A DNA stretch of 41,482 nucleotides from Christensenellales bacterium (lineage in GTDB: Bacteria > Bacillota > Clostridia > Christensenellales > UMGS416), in NCBI GenBank assembly GCA_050942555.1, contig JBMNNN010000002.1, positions 1-41,482 of the forward strand, read 5' to 3'. The translations under genes and the position numbers were made by a program. Shown in pieces: positions 9,716 to 19,995 of the stretch. The notes under the pieces are model-generated. The model saw nothing but the letters and a program-made list of their open reading frames with translations, ran no database searches and was not told where the DNA came from. The stretch's first letter is position 1. Every line of letters starts with the position of its first letter.

Positions 9716-10804
9716 ATGGCAGAGGAGGGCAGGCAGTACTGGATCTGGCTTTCGCACGTAGACGGCGTAGGCCCGATGCGCTTCAAAAAGCTGATGAACG
9801 CGTTCGACGATCCGGCGGAGGTTTTTCGCCAGGCGCAGGCGGGGCGCCCCATGCCGATGCTGGACGACGCCACGGCCGCGCGCCTGCGGGAGTCCGCCAC
9901 CGCCGCGGCGATCGAGAGGATCCTTCGCGCGCTGGACGAAAAGGGAATCCGAGCGGTGTGCCAGTGCGATCCCGAGTACCCCGAGCCGCTGCTGGGCATA
10001 TACGACGCGCCTTTTGTTCTGTACGCGCACGGAAACGTGGGCCTGCTGTCGGGCAAGCGCATGATATCGATGGTCGGAACCCGGCAGCCAACGCGCTACG
10101 GCGAGCAGGTAGCCACACAGATATCGCGCGGCCTAGGCGAGAACGGAGTCACCGTCGTATCGGGTCTGGCGCGCGGCATCGATGGCATCTGCCACCGGGG
10201 GTGTCTGGAGGGAGGCGGTGATACGATCGCGGTGCTGGGCTGCGGGGTGGACATCGTCTATCCGCGGGAGCAGCAGGGGCTCTACGACCGGATCGTGGAC
10301 AGGGGACTGATCCTGTCGGAGTACAAGCCCGGAACCCCGCCCGCTCCGGGGAACTTCCCTGCCCGGAATCGGATCATCAGCGGTCTGGCCAGCGGCATCG
10401 TCGTGGTAGAGGCCGGACAGCGCAGCGGAACGCTCTTTACCGTAGACTTCGCGCTGGATCAGGGTCGGGACATATTCGCGGTGCCGGGGCCGGTCAATTC
10501 CCCGACCAGCGTGACGCCCAACAACCTCATCAAATCCGGGTGCCAGATGGCCACCTCCAGCGATGACATACTCCAGTACTACGGATGGGTGCGCAGAAGC
10601 GCCGATGCGCCGGGGACGCCGCGCATACAGCCCGCAAACCACGAGGAGGCCACGGTGCTGGAAATACTCGAGGACGGAGAGACGACGTTCGATCGGATAT
10701 TCGAGATGACCGACTTTTCGGTGCCCCAGCTCGCCGCGATCCTTTCGATGATGGAGATGAAAGGCATGATCGTACAGCTTCCCGGGAGGGTGTATTCGCT
10801 GTGA
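9716..10804 (+). CDS. dprA: DNA-processing protein DprA (Smf)
   Basis: Motifs VGTRQPTRYG, SGLARGIDG, FPARNRIISGL and VVEAG.RSG are present. A C-terminal winged-helix-like tail follows. Confidence 0.9.
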   Translation: MAEEGRQYWIWLSHVDGVGPMRFKKLMNAFDDPAEVFRQAQAGRPMPMLDDATAARLRESATAAAIERILRALDEKGIRAVCQCDPEYPEPLLGIYDAPFVLYAHGNVGLLSGKRMISMVGTRQPTRYGEQVATQISRGLGENGVTVVSGLARGIDGICHRGCLEGGGDTIAVLGCGVDIVYPREQQGLYDRIVDRGLILSEYKPGTPPAPGNFPARNRIISGLASGIVVVEAGQRSGTLFTVDFALDQGRDIFAVPGPVNSPTSVTPNNLIKSGCQMATSSDDILQYYGWVRRSADAPGTPRIQPANHEEATVLEILEDGETTFDRIFEMTDFSVPQLAAILSMMEMKGMIVQLPGRVYSL

Positions 10805-12102
10805 GAGCCACCGTAGTCGGGGCGGGGCTTGCGGGCTGCGAGGCCGCCTGGCAGCTGGCGCAGGCGGGCGTGATGGTCGAACTCATCGACATGAAGCCCG
10901 CGAAAAAGACGCCGGCGCACGCGCTGGATACCCCGGCGGAGCTCGTGTGCAGCAATTCGCTGCGCTCCGATCGGATCGAGAGCGCGGTGGGGATGCTCAA
11001 GGAGGAGATGCGCCGTCTGGGCAGCCTGATACTGGCTGCCGCCGATCAAAACAGGGTGCCTGCAGGGGAAGCGCTGGCGGTGGACAGGGAGGGCTTCTCG
11101 CGGACCGTCGGGGCCATGCTGCGCAGCCACGCGCATATTCATATGGTCTGCCGGGAGATGGACGCGATACCCGACGGCCCGTGCGTCGTCGCGACCGGGC
11201 CGCTGACGTCGGCGCCCATGGCGGGCGCGATCGCCGCGCTCATAGGAACCGACCTGCTTTATTTCCATGACGCGGTCGCGCCCATCGTAACGGCCGAGTC
11301 CATCGACATGAGCCGGGCGTTTCGCGGCTCGCGGTATGGCCGGGGAGAGGACTACATAAACTGTCCCATGACCCATGAGGAGTATGACGCATTCTACCGC
11401 GCGCTGATCGACGCCCAGCAGGCGCCGCTTCATGATTTCGAGACGATGCGGGTTTTTGAGGGATGCATGCCGATCGAGGAGATCGCGCGGCGGGGTTACC
11501 GCACGATGGCGTTCGGTCCGCTCCGGCCGACAGGCTTTCGCGACAAACTGGGCAAGCGGCCCTTTGCGGTCGTTCAGCTGCGACAGGACGACAGCGCCGC
11601 TACGCTTTATAATATCGTCGGATTCCAGACGAGGCTGAAATTCGGCGAACAGAAACGCGTATTCTCGATGATACCCGGTCTCGAGCGGGCTGAGTTCGTG
11701 CGGTACGGCGTCATGCACCGCAATACATACATCGACTCGCCGCGGTGCCTGACCGGGAATTACCGGTTCCGCGGCCGGGAGGATCTCTATTATGCGGGCC
11801 AGATCACGGGCGTGGAAGGCTACGTCGAGTCGGCGGCGTCGGGACTGCTGGCGGGGCTGTCGCTGGCGCGCAGGCTTTCGGGCCTGCCGGAACCGGACTT
11901 TGGTAGGGAAACGATGATCGGCGCGATGGCCGCATACGTAACCGATCCGGGCCTTGCCCGGCTCGACCCGATGAACGCCAATCTGGGGCTTCTAACCCCC
12001 CTGCCCGAAGAGATCCGGGGCAAGCGGGAACGGGGGAGAGCGATGGCGGCGCGCGCGCTGACCGCCGTCGAATCATGGATTCGATCAAATCGAAGGGAGT
12101 GA
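10801..12102 (+). CDS. trmFO: methylenetetrahydrofolate--tRNA-(uracil-5-)-methyltransferase TrmFO
   Basis: The GTG at 10801 gives (M)[19 protein letters not shown], an FAD-binding GxGxxG. Its 433 aa match the family length. GTGA overlap with the dprA stop. The track ORF from 10585 is an upstream read-through. Confidence 0.88.
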   Translation: MRATVVGAGLAGCEAAWQLAQAGVMVELIDMKPAKKTPAHALDTPAELVCSNSLRSDRIESAVGMLKEEMRRLGSLILAAADQNRVPAGEALAVDREGFSRTVGAMLRSHAHIHMVCREMDAIPDGPCVVATGPLTSAPMAGAIAALIGTDLLYFHDAVAPIVTAESIDMSRAFRGSRYGRGEDYINCPMTHEEYDAFYRALIDAQQAPLHDFETMRVFEGCMPIEEIARRGYRTMAFGPLRPTGFRDKLGKRPFAVVQLRQDDSAATLYNIVGFQTRLKFGEQKRVFSMIPGLERAEFVRYGVMHRNTYIDSPRCLTGNYRFRGREDLYYAGQITGVEGYVESAASGLLAGLSLARRLSGLPEPDFGRETMIGAMAAYVTDPGLARLDPMNANLGLLTPLPEEIRGKRERGRAMAARALTAVESWIRSNRRE

Positions 12103-12107
12103 CGACG

Positions 12108-12659
12108 ATGTCTTTTCAGGGAACCACCATCGTGGCTGTTCGGAAAAACGGGCTGTGCGCCATGGCCGGGGACGGCCAGGTAACGAGCGGGCAGCATACG
12201 ATCATGAAAATGAACGCGAAAAAGGTGCGCCGTCTGTACCATGATCAGGTGATCGTGGGCTTTGCAGGCTCGGTCGCCGACGCATTTACGCTGTGCGAGC
12301 GCTTCGAGGGAAAGCTGGAGCAGTACAGCGGCAATCTCAAGCGCGCCGCGGTGGAGCTTGCGCAGGACTGGCGGGAGGACAAGATACTCCGCAAGCTCGA
12401 GGCCATGCTCATCGCGGCCGACAAGGACGAACTGCTGGTGTTGTCGGGGAGCGGGGAGGTCATCGACCCGGACGACGGTATCGCAGCCATCGGAGCGGGC
12501 GGGAATTTCGCGCTGGCTGCCGCCAAGGCGCTGAGGGAAAATACCGATCTATCGGCGATAGAAATCGTACGCAAAGCGATAGGCATTGCGGGCGATATAT
12601 GCGTATTTACAAACCATAATATCACGCTGGAAACAGTAGGGGAGGAGAGAAAACCGTGA
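12108..12659 (+). CDS. hslV: ATP-dependent protease subunit HslV (ClpQ)
   Basis: [15 protein letters not shown]... provides the N-terminal nucleophile region, and GSGG/GAGGNFA motifs are present. The ATG at 12108 follows GAAGGGAG. Confidence 0.9.
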   Translation: MSFQGTTIVAVRKNGLCAMAGDGQVTSGQHTIMKMNAKKVRRLYHDQVIVGFAGSVADAFTLCERFEGKLEQYSGNLKRAAVELAQDWREDKILRKLEAMLIAADKDELLVLSGSGEVIDPDDGIAAIGAGGNFALAAAKALRENTDLSAIEIVRKAIGIAGDICVFTNHNITLETVGEERKP

Positions 12660-14041
12660 GCGACATGACGCCGCATGAGATCGTCGAGGCGCTGGATAAA
12701 TACATCGTCGGACAGACCGAGGCAAAGCGGGCCGTGGCGATCGCGCTGCGCAACCGTTATCGGCGCAGCAAGCTTCCCCCTGAGATACAGGACGAGGTGA
12801 CGCCGAAGAACATCATCATGATGGGGCCTACAGGCGTCGGAAAAACCGAAATCGCCCGGCGGCTTGCCAAGCTGGTCAAGGCGCCGTTCGTCAAGGTCGA
12901 GGCAACAAAGTTCACCGAGGTGGGATATGTGGGGCGCGACTGCGAGTCGATGGTCAGGGATCTGGTGGAGGATGCCATCTGGCTTGTCAAGACGCAGGAG
13001 ATGGAAAAAGTCCGCGGGCGCGCGCGCGCAGCAGCCGAAAAAAGACTGCTGGACGCGATACTGCCGCTTAGAAGAAAATCCGAAGGAAACGCGCTGGGCT
13101 CGATCTTCGCAGGAATGCAGCGGCCAGCCGCTTCCGAAACGCCTGAGGAACAGACCGAGCGGGAGACCGTGCGCGCGCGGAGGCAGGAGATGCTCGCCCG
13201 GCTGCGGGCCGGCGAGCTTGAGAATGAATATGTCGATATCGAGATCGAGGACACCCACGAGGGAACCGAAGTGATTCCCGGCATGGGCATGGAGCTAAAT
13301 ATCAGCGAGATGCTGGGCGGGATCATCCCCCGGAAGAAGAAGCGCCGCCACGTCACGGTACAGGAAGCGCGTCGTCTTCTCGAGCAGGACGAGGCGCAGA
13401 AGCTCATCAACATGGACGAGGTGAAAGCCAAAGCCATCGAGGCCGCCGAAAAGCACGGCATCATATTCATCGACGAAATCGACAAGATCGCAGGCCGCGG
13501 TACGGGAAGCGGCCCGGACGTATCGCGCGAGGGCGTGCAGCGCGACATACTGCCCCTCGTGGAGGGCACGACCGTCGTCACCAAGCACGGCCCGGTCAAG
13601 ACAGATTATATCCTGTTTATCGCCGCGGGCGCTTTTCATATGTCCAAAATGTCGGATCTCATACCCGAGCTGCAGGGCCGGTTCCCGATCAAGGTGGAGC
13701 TCTCCAGCCTGACGGTCGAGGACTTTAAAAAGATACTCGTTCAGCCCGAGAACGCGATCACAAAGCAATACGCTGCGCTCCTGGAGGTCGATCACGTACG
13801 GGTATCCTTCACGCCCGATGCGCTGGACGCGATCGCCGAATACGCTTACCTTGCCAACGAGACCAGCGAAAATATCGGCGCGCGCCGCCTGCACACGATC
13901 ATGGAGAACCTGCTCGAGGATATATCGTTTAACGCCAGCGGCACGCACCCAATGGTGGATATGGTTCTTGACGCGGAGTATGTCCGGCGCCACCTCAGGC
14001 GTATCGCACGGGAAAAGGATCTGGGGAAATTTATATTATAG
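12656..14041 (+). CDS. hslU: ATP-dependent protease ATPase subunit HslU (ClpY)
   Basis: [16 protein letters not shown], Walker [16 protein letters not shown] and [10 protein letters not shown] are present. GTGA overlap with hslV. Confidence 0.92.
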   Translation: MSDMTPHEIVEALDKYIVGQTEAKRAVAIALRNRYRRSKLPPEIQDEVTPKNIIMMGPTGVGKTEIARRLAKLVKAPFVKVEATKFTEVGYVGRDCESMVRDLVEDAIWLVKTQEMEKVRGRARAAAEKRLLDAILPLRRKSEGNALGSIFAGMQRPAASETPEEQTERETVRARRQEMLARLRAGELENEYVDIEIEDTHEGTEVIPGMGMELNISEMLGGIIPRKKKRRHVTVQEARRLLEQDEAQKLINMDEVKAKAIEAAEKHGIIFIDEIDKIAGRGTGSGPDVSREGVQRDILPLVEGTTVVTKHGPVKTDYILFIAAGAFHMSKMSDLIPELQGRFPIKVELSSLTVEDFKKILVQPENAITKQYAALLEVDHVRVSFTPDALDAIAEYAYLANETSENIGARRLHTIMENLLEDISFNASGTHPMVDMVLDAEYVRRHLRRIAREKDLGKFIL

Positions 14042-14103
14042 TGCTTTAAGAGATGAGTATCGGTGAAAAAGCTGTGAACAGCAAAAAAATATAAGAAAAA
14101 GTA

Positions 14104-14132
14104 TTGCCTTTTTGATACATTTCTTTTACAAT
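14104..14132 (+). promoter_or_regulatory. candidate sigma-A promoter for degV
   Basis: TTGCCT-N17-TACAAT, located 40 nt upstream of the degV ATG. Confidence 0.4.
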
Positions 14133-14172
14133 GGAACCGCGCCGCAACCCGGCGAAACTGGAGGGATGGCCC

Positions 14173-15048
14173 ATGACATACAGGATTTTTACCGACAGCT
14201 GTTCCGACCTGCCCGCAGAATACATTAAGAAGCACGATGATTTAACGGTATTGCCGCTTACCTATTCGCTCGATGGGAAAGAATACAGGGACGACGGCTG
14301 GGTTTCGATATCGATGGAGGATTTCTATGGCCGGATGCGCAGGGGCTCCATTTCGACGACATCCCTCATTAACGTGCAGCGATTCCTGGAGGCATTCACG
14401 CCCTGCCTTGAGAAGGGCGAGGACATACTGTACATCGCTTTTTCCTCGGCGCTGAGCGGGACCTGCCAGAACGCGATGATCGCCGCGGGCGACCTGCGCG
14501 AGCAGTTCCCCGATCGCCGCATCACGGTCATCGACAGCCTGTGCGCCTGTATGGGCTTTGGAATGCTCGTGACGCTCGCCCAGCAGAAGAAAGAGGAGGG
14601 CATGGGTTACGACGAACTCGTAGCCTGGGTGGATGATGAGAAGCTGCGCGCGGTTCACTGGTTCACCGTAGATAATCTTAACCATCTACGCAGGGGCGGA
14701 CGGCTTTCCACGACGTCGGCGTTCTTGGGCACGATCCTGTCCATCAAGCCCGTCCTTCATGTCAGCGACGAGGGGAAGCTGGTTCCGGTCGAGAAGGTCA
14801 AGGGGCGGCGAAATGCGCTGCGCAGTCTGGTGGAACGGACAGCACAGACCATTGTGGATCCCGAACAACAGACCCTTTTTATCAATCACGGCGACGCGCT
14901 CGAGGAAGCGCGCACGGTGGCTGATATGATTCGCGAGCGGATAAATATCCGGGACATCACGATCAATCCGATCGGACCTGTCATCGGTTCCCACGCGGGG
15001 CCGGGAACGATCGCCGTATTCTTTATGGGCACCGGCCGAAGCATATAG
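14173..15048 (+). CDS. DegV-family fatty-acid-binding protein
   Basis: MTYRIFTDSCSDLP... is a typical DegV N-terminus. STTS, ISIKP and GPVIGSHAGPG motifs are present. The ATG at 14173 follows GGAGGGA. Confidence 0.88.
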   Translation: MTYRIFTDSCSDLPAEYIKKHDDLTVLPLTYSLDGKEYRDDGWVSISMEDFYGRMRRGSISTTSLINVQRFLEAFTPCLEKGEDILYIAFSSALSGTCQNAMIAAGDLREQFPDRRITVIDSLCACMGFGMLVTLAQQKKEEGMGYDELVAWVDDEKLRAVHWFTVDNLNHLRRGGRLSTTSAFLGTILSIKPVLHVSDEGKLVPVEKVKGRRNALRSLVERTAQTIVDPEQQTLFINHGDALEEARTVADMIRERINIRDITINPIGPVIGSHAGPGTIAVFFMGTGRSI

Positions 15049-15060
15049 GTTAAAATAAAA

Positions 15061-15091
15061 GAAAAAGCCAGCCTCGTCAGGCTGGCTTTTA
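15061..15091. terminator. bidirectional rho-independent terminator between convergent degV and spoIVA
   Basis: Perfect 8-bp GC-rich stem AGCCAGCC/GGCTGGCT with loop TCGTCA. An A-run lies upstream and a T-run downstream, so it is usable on both strands. Confidence 0.75.
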
Positions 15092-15103
15092 TGAGCGCTT
15101 CGA

Positions 15104-16585
15104 TCAAAGAAATACGATCAGCAGCCCGCCGCTTCCTCCATGGTTTACGATGCGGGAAAGCGTGTTCCGGAGCTTGGCCTGCGCGCCGGAGGGCATCGCG
15201 TGCAGTTTCTGGTTGAGCCCTTCGCCGACCAGATCTTGGAGGGATTTGCCGAAAAACTCGGTTTTCCAGATGCTCGCGGGATTCTCCTCGAATTCCTTCA
15301 TGAGGTAATCCACCATATCCGCGCCCTGCCGCTCGGTCCCGACGACCGGCGAAACCTCGGTATCGATATCCACCTGCATGATGTGCCAGGATGGGGCGCG
15401 CGCCCGGAGCCGTACGCCGAACTGCCCGCCCCTGCGGACGAGCTGCGGCTCCTCCAGCTCCAGGTCATCGAGGGAGGGCGGGACCACGCCGTACCCGGTG
15501 AGCTTGACCTGAGCCAGCGCGCCCGACATCCGGTCGTACTCTCTTTTCGCGTGCGTAAGTTCGCTCATTATCGCCATAAGCTGGCTCTCGTCGGATATTT
15601 CGCAGCCGCACTCCTCGCTGAGCACCCGGTAGTAAAGCCGAGTAGGCGCCTCCACCTTCGCCTCGATGGTGCCGTTCTCGGGGTGAATGGCCCATATGCG
15701 AAGACCGTCCAGCTCCTCCGCCTCGCCAAAGGCTGCCAGCACGTCCTGATAGTCGCGCAGCCGGACCATGTTCCGTCCGCCCTGCGCGAGGAGCCCGAGG
15801 AGCAGCAACCACAGCCAGTGGTTCCGGGGAAGCCTGCGTATCCACCGCGGCACGTCGATGCTCATGCGGCGGACCGGGAATTCGTAGAGTACCTGGGCCA
15901 GAAGATCCTCGATCTCGGCTTCGCGCATATGCAGCACGTCCAGCGCGAGCACCGGCACATCATATTTCTCATAGAGGGAGTCCCGCAGCGCCATCGTGGC
16001 GTCCGCGTCGGGATGCGTGGAATTGAGCACCACCGCGAAGGGCTTGCCCAGCTCCTTGAGCTCGCTGATCACCCGCTCCTCGGCGGCGCGGTAGTTTTCC
16101 CGGGGAATCTCGGTAATGCTTCCGTCGGTCGTGACGACCAGCCCGATGGTGGCATGCTCCCGGATCACCTTGCGGGTGCCGGTTTCAGCGGCAACCTCGA
16201 AGGATACTTCCTCGTCGAACCAGGGAGTGCGCACCATCCGGGGGACCCCGTCCTCGATATGGCCCATCGCGCCGTCCACCATGTAGCCCACGCAGTCAAT
16301 AAGCTGAACGCTGCAGGTCACGCCGTCCGAAAGGCTTACGTCTACAGCCTCGCTGGGCACGAACTGCACCTGGGTGGTCATGATCGTGCGTCCCGCCGCC
16401 GACTGGGGCAGCGTGTCCGTAACCCGTTGCTTATGCCAGCTCGACGCCATCCCCGGCATTACCAGGAGATCCATGAACCGTTTTATAAGCGTAGATTTAC
16501 CTGTGCGGACCGGGCCCACCACGCCGATCTGTATGTTCCCGCCGGTTCTTTGGGAAATCTGCTGGTAAACGTCATATTTCTCCAT
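15104..16585 (-). CDS. spoIVA: stage IV sporulation protein A (spore coat morphogenetic ATPase)
   Basis: MEKYDVYQQISQRTGGNIQIGVVGPVRTGKSTLIKRFMD contains the Walker A motif, and similarity to the SpoIVA family extends over the full length. The ATG at 16585 follows AGAGGAG. Confidence 0.92.
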   Translation of the reverse strand: MEKYDVYQQISQRTGGNIQIGVVGPVRTGKSTLIKRFMDLLVMPGMASSWHKQRVTDTLPQSAAGRTIMTTQVQFVPSEAVDVSLSDGVTCSVQLIDCVGYMVDGAMGHIEDGVPRMVRTPWFDEEVSFEVAAETGTRKVIREHATIGLVVTTDGSITEIPRENYRAAEERVISELKELGKPFAVVLNSTHPDADATMALRDSLYEKYDVPVLALDVLHMREAEIEDLLAQVLYEFPVRRMSIDVPRWIRRLPRNHWLWLLLLGLLAQGGRNMVRLRDYQDVLAAFGEAEELDGLRIWAIHPENGTIEAKVEAPTRLYYRVLSEECGCEISDESQLMAIMSELTHAKREYDRMSGALAQVKLTGYGVVPPSLDDLELEEPQLVRRGGQFGVRLRARAPSWHIMQVDIDTEVSPVVGTERQGADMVDYLMKEFEENPASIWKTEFFGKSLQDLVGEGLNQKLHAMPSGAQAKLRNTLSRIVNHGGSGGLLIVFL

Positions 16586-16627
16586 GATCCCACTCCTCTT
16601 TTCCGGGCATAACTTCACGTTTACTAA

Positions 16628-16655
16628 TATATATGAGAGGAAAGTGGAAATATGA
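16628..16655 (-). promoter_or_regulatory. candidate sigma-E-type (mother-cell) promoter of spoIVA
   Basis: The minus strand reads TCATATT-N13-CATATATA, compared with the approximate consensus kmATATT-N13/14-CATACAhT. It lies about 43 nt upstream of the start codon. Confidence 0.4.
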
Positions 16656-16695
16656 AAAACCGGCCGGGCATCCCGCGTGGCTTACGTGTGGTTTG

Positions 16696-17298
16696 TTATT
16701 TTTCCGGGGGCTTCAGCTTCTTTTCGGTACCGGAGAGGAGCCGCCTGATATTGCTTCGGTGCAGTATGAGCACCAGTATGCTGACTCCCAGCGCGAACCA
16801 TCCGAAGTGCGCAGGTCCGGAGACGAGAAACGCGCCGATAGGGTAGAGGATGAATATGATGATCGTCCCAAGAGAAACGATGCGGCTTGCAAACATGATC
16901 GCGAAGTCTATCGCGAGCGCGGCGAGCGTGAGCAGAGGATGGAGAACCAGCAGCACGCCGCCCGACGAGGCTACGCACTTGCCGCCCCGGAAGCGCTCGA
17001 ATACCGGAAAGGCGTGCCCGAGCAGCACCGCGCCTCCCGCTACGTATGCGCCCGTATATCCGGCCCACAAAAGGCCGGCGAGCGTGGGCAGGGCGCCCTT
17101 TGCCATGTCGATGAGCAGCGTGATCACGCCCCACTTGATGCCCATCACGCGCAGCATGTTCGTGGATCCGGCGTTGCCGCTTCCCTTTTCCCGGATATCG
17201 AATCCTCCGGCTTTCCGGCTGATGAACACCGCAACCGATACGCTCCCCATAAGATAGGAGGCGACGGCAAGTATGACATAACGGACGATCGGATGCAT
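16696..17298 (-). CDS. plsY: glycerol-3-phosphate acyltransferase PlsY
   Basis: SYLMGSVSVAVFISR...REKGSGNAGSTN is characteristic, and the protein has a multi-TM profile. Confidence 0.9.
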   Translation of the reverse strand: MHPIVRYVILAVASYLMGSVSVAVFISRKAGGFDIREKGSGNAGSTNMLRVMGIKWGVITLLIDMAKGALPTLAGLLWAGYTGAYVAGGAVLLGHAFPVFERFRGGKCVASSGGVLLVLHPLLTLAALAIDFAIMFASRIVSLGTIIIFILYPIGAFLVSGPAHFGWFALGVSILVLILHRSNIRRLLSGTEKKLKPPEK

Positions 17299-17299
17299 A

Positions 17300-18619
17300 T
17301 TATCTATCCTCTCCCCGGCTCCGGCAGCTCATGCGGATAGGTGTTCCGGTAAAATCGAATGTTTTTCTCAGATAGTTTTCGAGATACCGTATATACGAAA
17401 CAGGCATAAGCTCCGGATGGTTGACGAAAAGAACGAACGTCGGAGGTGCGACGTCAACCTGTGTCGCGTAGTAGATGCGAAGTCTCCGCCCCTTATCGGA
17501 GGGCGGCTCCACCGCCGCGGTCGCGTCTCCTATTACGTCGTTGAGCACGCCGGTCGGCACGCGGAATCTGGCCTTTCCATATACATCACAGATAAGCGGC
17601 AGCAGCCGATGGTGTCGCTGTCCGGTTTTACAGGATATAAAGAGGACAGGGGCCCATGTCATAAAGGACAGCGCCGTATATACCCTGCGGGTGAATTCCG
17701 ACGTCGTATGCTCGTCCTTCTCGATGAGATCCCATTTGTTAATGACGATCACGACGGGCTTCCCCTGGTTCGCGATATACCCGGCGATCTTTGCGTCCTG
17801 ATCGGTCACGCCTTCGGTGGCGTCGATCATCAGCAACACTACATCAGCGCGGCGCACCGCGGTCAGTGCGCGAATCACCGAGTAGCGCTCCAGCGAATCG
17901 TCCTCTACGCGGCTTTTCCGGCGCATACCGGCAGTGTCGATGATGACATAGTCCCGTCCGTCGCGCGTAAAGGCGGTATCGACGGCGTCGCGGGTCGTGC
18001 CGGGTATATCGCTGACGATCACGCGTTCTTCGCGCAGCAGCAGGTTGACGAGCGAGGACTTTCCGACGTTGGGCTTGCCTGTGACCGCGAAGCGCAGCGC
18101 CTCGTTCTGCTCTCTCGCTTCCTTCCTGGGCAGAAGCGCGACGAGCGCGTCCAGCATCTCCCCAAGACCCGTACCCTGCGCTGAAGAGACCGGATAGGGA
18201 TCGCCCATGCCCAGCTCATAGAATTCGTAGATTCCTTCATCCCGGAGCGGCGTATCCACCTTGTTGACGACGAGCAGCACGGGTTTGGCGCAGCACCGCA
18301 GGTAGTCGGCTACATCCCGGTCGTCGGAGACCAGTCCGGTTTTTCCGTCGACGAGAAAGAGGATCACGTCGGCCGATGCGGCGGCCAGATCCACCTGTCT
18401 GCGCATGTGCGAGAGCATCGTTTCCTCGCTGCTTACGTCCAACCCGCCCGTGTCGATCAGCGTGAACGTGTGATCGAGCCAGTGCGCGTCGGCATAGATC
18501 CGGTCGCGGGTCACGCCGGGGGTGTTTTCGACGATGGCGATTCTCTTTCCGACTAGCCTGTTAAACAGTGTGGACTTGCCCACATTGGGGCGGCCCACGA
18601 TAGCCACGAGCGGCTTCAT
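17300..18619 (-). CDS. der: ribosome-associated GTPase Der (EngA)
   Basis: Two tandem G domains are present (GRPNVGKSTLFN and GKPNVGKSSLVN, each with DTGG/DTAG and NKxD), followed by a KH-like C-terminus. The start is at MKPLVAIVG (18619). Confidence 0.92.
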   Translation of the reverse strand: MKPLVAIVGRPNVGKSTLFNRLVGKRIAIVENTPGVTRDRIYADAHWLDHTFTLIDTGGLDVSSEETMLSHMRRQVDLAAASADVILFLVDGKTGLVSDDRDVADYLRCCAKPVLLVVNKVDTPLRDEGIYEFYELGMGDPYPVSSAQGTGLGEMLDALVALLPRKEAREQNEALRFAVTGKPNVGKSSLVNLLLREERVIVSDIPGTTRDAVDTAFTRDGRDYVIIDTAGMRRKSRVEDDSLERYSVIRALTAVRRADVVLLMIDATEGVTDQDAKIAGYIANQGKPVVIVINKWDLIEKDEHTTSEFTRRVYTALSFMTWAPVLFISCKTGQRHHRLLPLICDVYGKARFRVPTGVLNDVIGDATAAVEPPSDKGRRLRIYYATQVDVAPPTFVLFVNHPELMPVSYIRYLENYLRKTFDFTGTPIRMSCRSRGEDR

Positions 18620-18623
18620 TTCA

Positions 18624-19943
18624 TCACTCTCTTTCGTATTCACCAACGAGAAGCCCAACAAACGTATAACCGTCCTCGCACGCGGGCACGACCGGCGCGC
18701 CCAGCTCCCGCTCCAGCCAGTCAGAGCTCGTGCCGTCCAGAAACAGCGCATCTCCCTCCCGAAGCGAGGAAGCGGGAACAAAGAGTACGTCGCCCAGATC
18801 GGTATCCCTGAGCGAATCCGCGATATCGGCTCCCGCCAGCAGTCCGGCCACCGTTACCGACGGCCCAAAGAAACGGTTCTCTATCGCCTGTACGCGGACA
18901 GACAGCCCCTGTGTGCGCTCTTCCAGCATGGCGCACAGGGAGGCGATCGTCGGGGCTGCGGACACGCCCGAGGCCACCGTGACGCGCCGCGGCGCGATAT
19001 GGCCGGGGACGCCGCTCAGGGCTTCCTCGAAGCCGGTTATAAACTCGTCCATCATCCCTACGCCGTTGCTCATCTGGTGGGCAGGACTTGCGCCCCGGTA
19101 TCTGGGCCAGGGGAGACCGGCCCTCTGGTAAAGCTCGTCGGAGGCGTAGGCGAAGCGCTCTCCGGTCTCGCGCAGGCAGCGATCTGCCAGAGCTTCGACC
19201 TGCGCGACAGCCCTTTGCGCATCCGCAGCGCCTACGGGCGTGAGCGCAGGGAGCCCGTCCCGGTGCCGCGTCAGTCCTAGCGGTACGACGGCGACCGACC
19301 GGGCGGCAGGATAGAGCGCTCTCAGGTCCGCCAGGGTCCGGTTAAGCGCCGCCCCGTCGTTGATGCCGGGGCAGAGAACCACCTGACAGTGAAAGACGAT
19401 CCCGCCGCGTGCGAGCGCGCGAAGCTGATCCATGATACGCGCAGCTGCCGGATTGCCCATCATCGCGGCGCGAAGCGCACCGTCGGTAGCATGAACCGAT
19501 ATAAAGAGCGGCGAAACGCGCCGCGATACGATCCGCGCAAGTTCCTGGTCCGAGAGATTGGTCAGCGTGACATAGTTCCCGAAAAGCATACTGTAGCGCC
19601 AGTCGTCGTCCTTTACGTACAGCGTGGAGCGCAGTCCGCGCGGCAGTTGATCGATGAAACAGAACATGCACCGATTGGCGCACTGCCGCTCGGTCGGGTA
19701 GAGTTCGGCGTCCAGCGTAAGCCCCAGCGGCTGGCCCACTTCCTTTTCGATGATGGTCATCCGTTCGTGTCTGCCCCGGCGCGTCCGGAGCGTGACGCGC
19801 TCACCGTCGGTCAGGTACCTGTAATCGATGAAATCTGTCACCGGCTGTCCATCAATGTCAAGAAGACGGTCGCCCGTCCTGATTCCCGCGCGGCAGGCGG
19901 GGCTTCCCGGCTCCACGCCCGCTATGGGTATATCCACGGGCAT
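18624..19943 (-). CDS. PDZ-domain radical-SAM-like protein (DUF512 / TIGR03279-type), function unknown
   Basis: The N-terminal PDZ-like segment reads GSPACRAGIRTGDRLLDIDG. CANRCMFC (CxxxCxxC) follows. Its position directly upstream of der is conserved. Confidence 0.75.
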   Translation of the reverse strand: MPVDIPIAGVEPGSPACRAGIRTGDRLLDIDGQPVTDFIDYRYLTDGERVTLRTRRGRHERMTIIEKEVGQPLGLTLDAELYPTERQCANRCMFCFIDQLPRGLRSTLYVKDDDWRYSMLFGNYVTLTNLSDQELARIVSRRVSPLFISVHATDGALRAAMMGNPAAARIMDQLRALARGGIVFHCQVVLCPGINDGAALNRTLADLRALYPAARSVAVVPLGLTRHRDGLPALTPVGAADAQRAVAQVEALADRCLRETGERFAYASDELYQRAGLPWPRYRGASPAHQMSNGVGMMDEFITGFEEALSGVPGHIAPRRVTVASGVSAAPTIASLCAMLEERTQGLSVRVQAIENRFFGPSVTVAGLLAGADIADSLRDTDLGDVLFVPASSLREGDALFLDGTSSDWLERELGAPVVPACEDGYTFVGLLVGEYERE

Positions 19944-19966
19944 TCCTCCGTTTTCGTTTGGTAACT

Positions 19967-19995
19967 ATTATCAGCTATCGAGCCGGTAAAGTCAA
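19967..19995 (-). promoter_or_regulatory. candidate sigma-A promoter for the DUF512-der-plsY operon
   Basis: The minus strand reads TTGACT-N17-GATAAT, about 24 nt upstream of the DUF512 ATG. Confidence 0.35.

Noticed and set aside
15140-16612. 490-aa ORF on the plus strand, antisense to spoIVA. Similar long shadow ORFs lie at 1241-2236(-), 5286-6377(-), 6855-7949(-), 10579-11718(-), 12245-13258(-), 24105-25010(-) and 27461-28567(-).
   Set aside because: Each lies fully inside, and antisense to, a gene with unmistakable family motifs. Their products are Arg/Pro/Gly/His-rich low-complexity strings typical of stop-codon-poor antisense frames in high-GC DNA, and none has an RBS.
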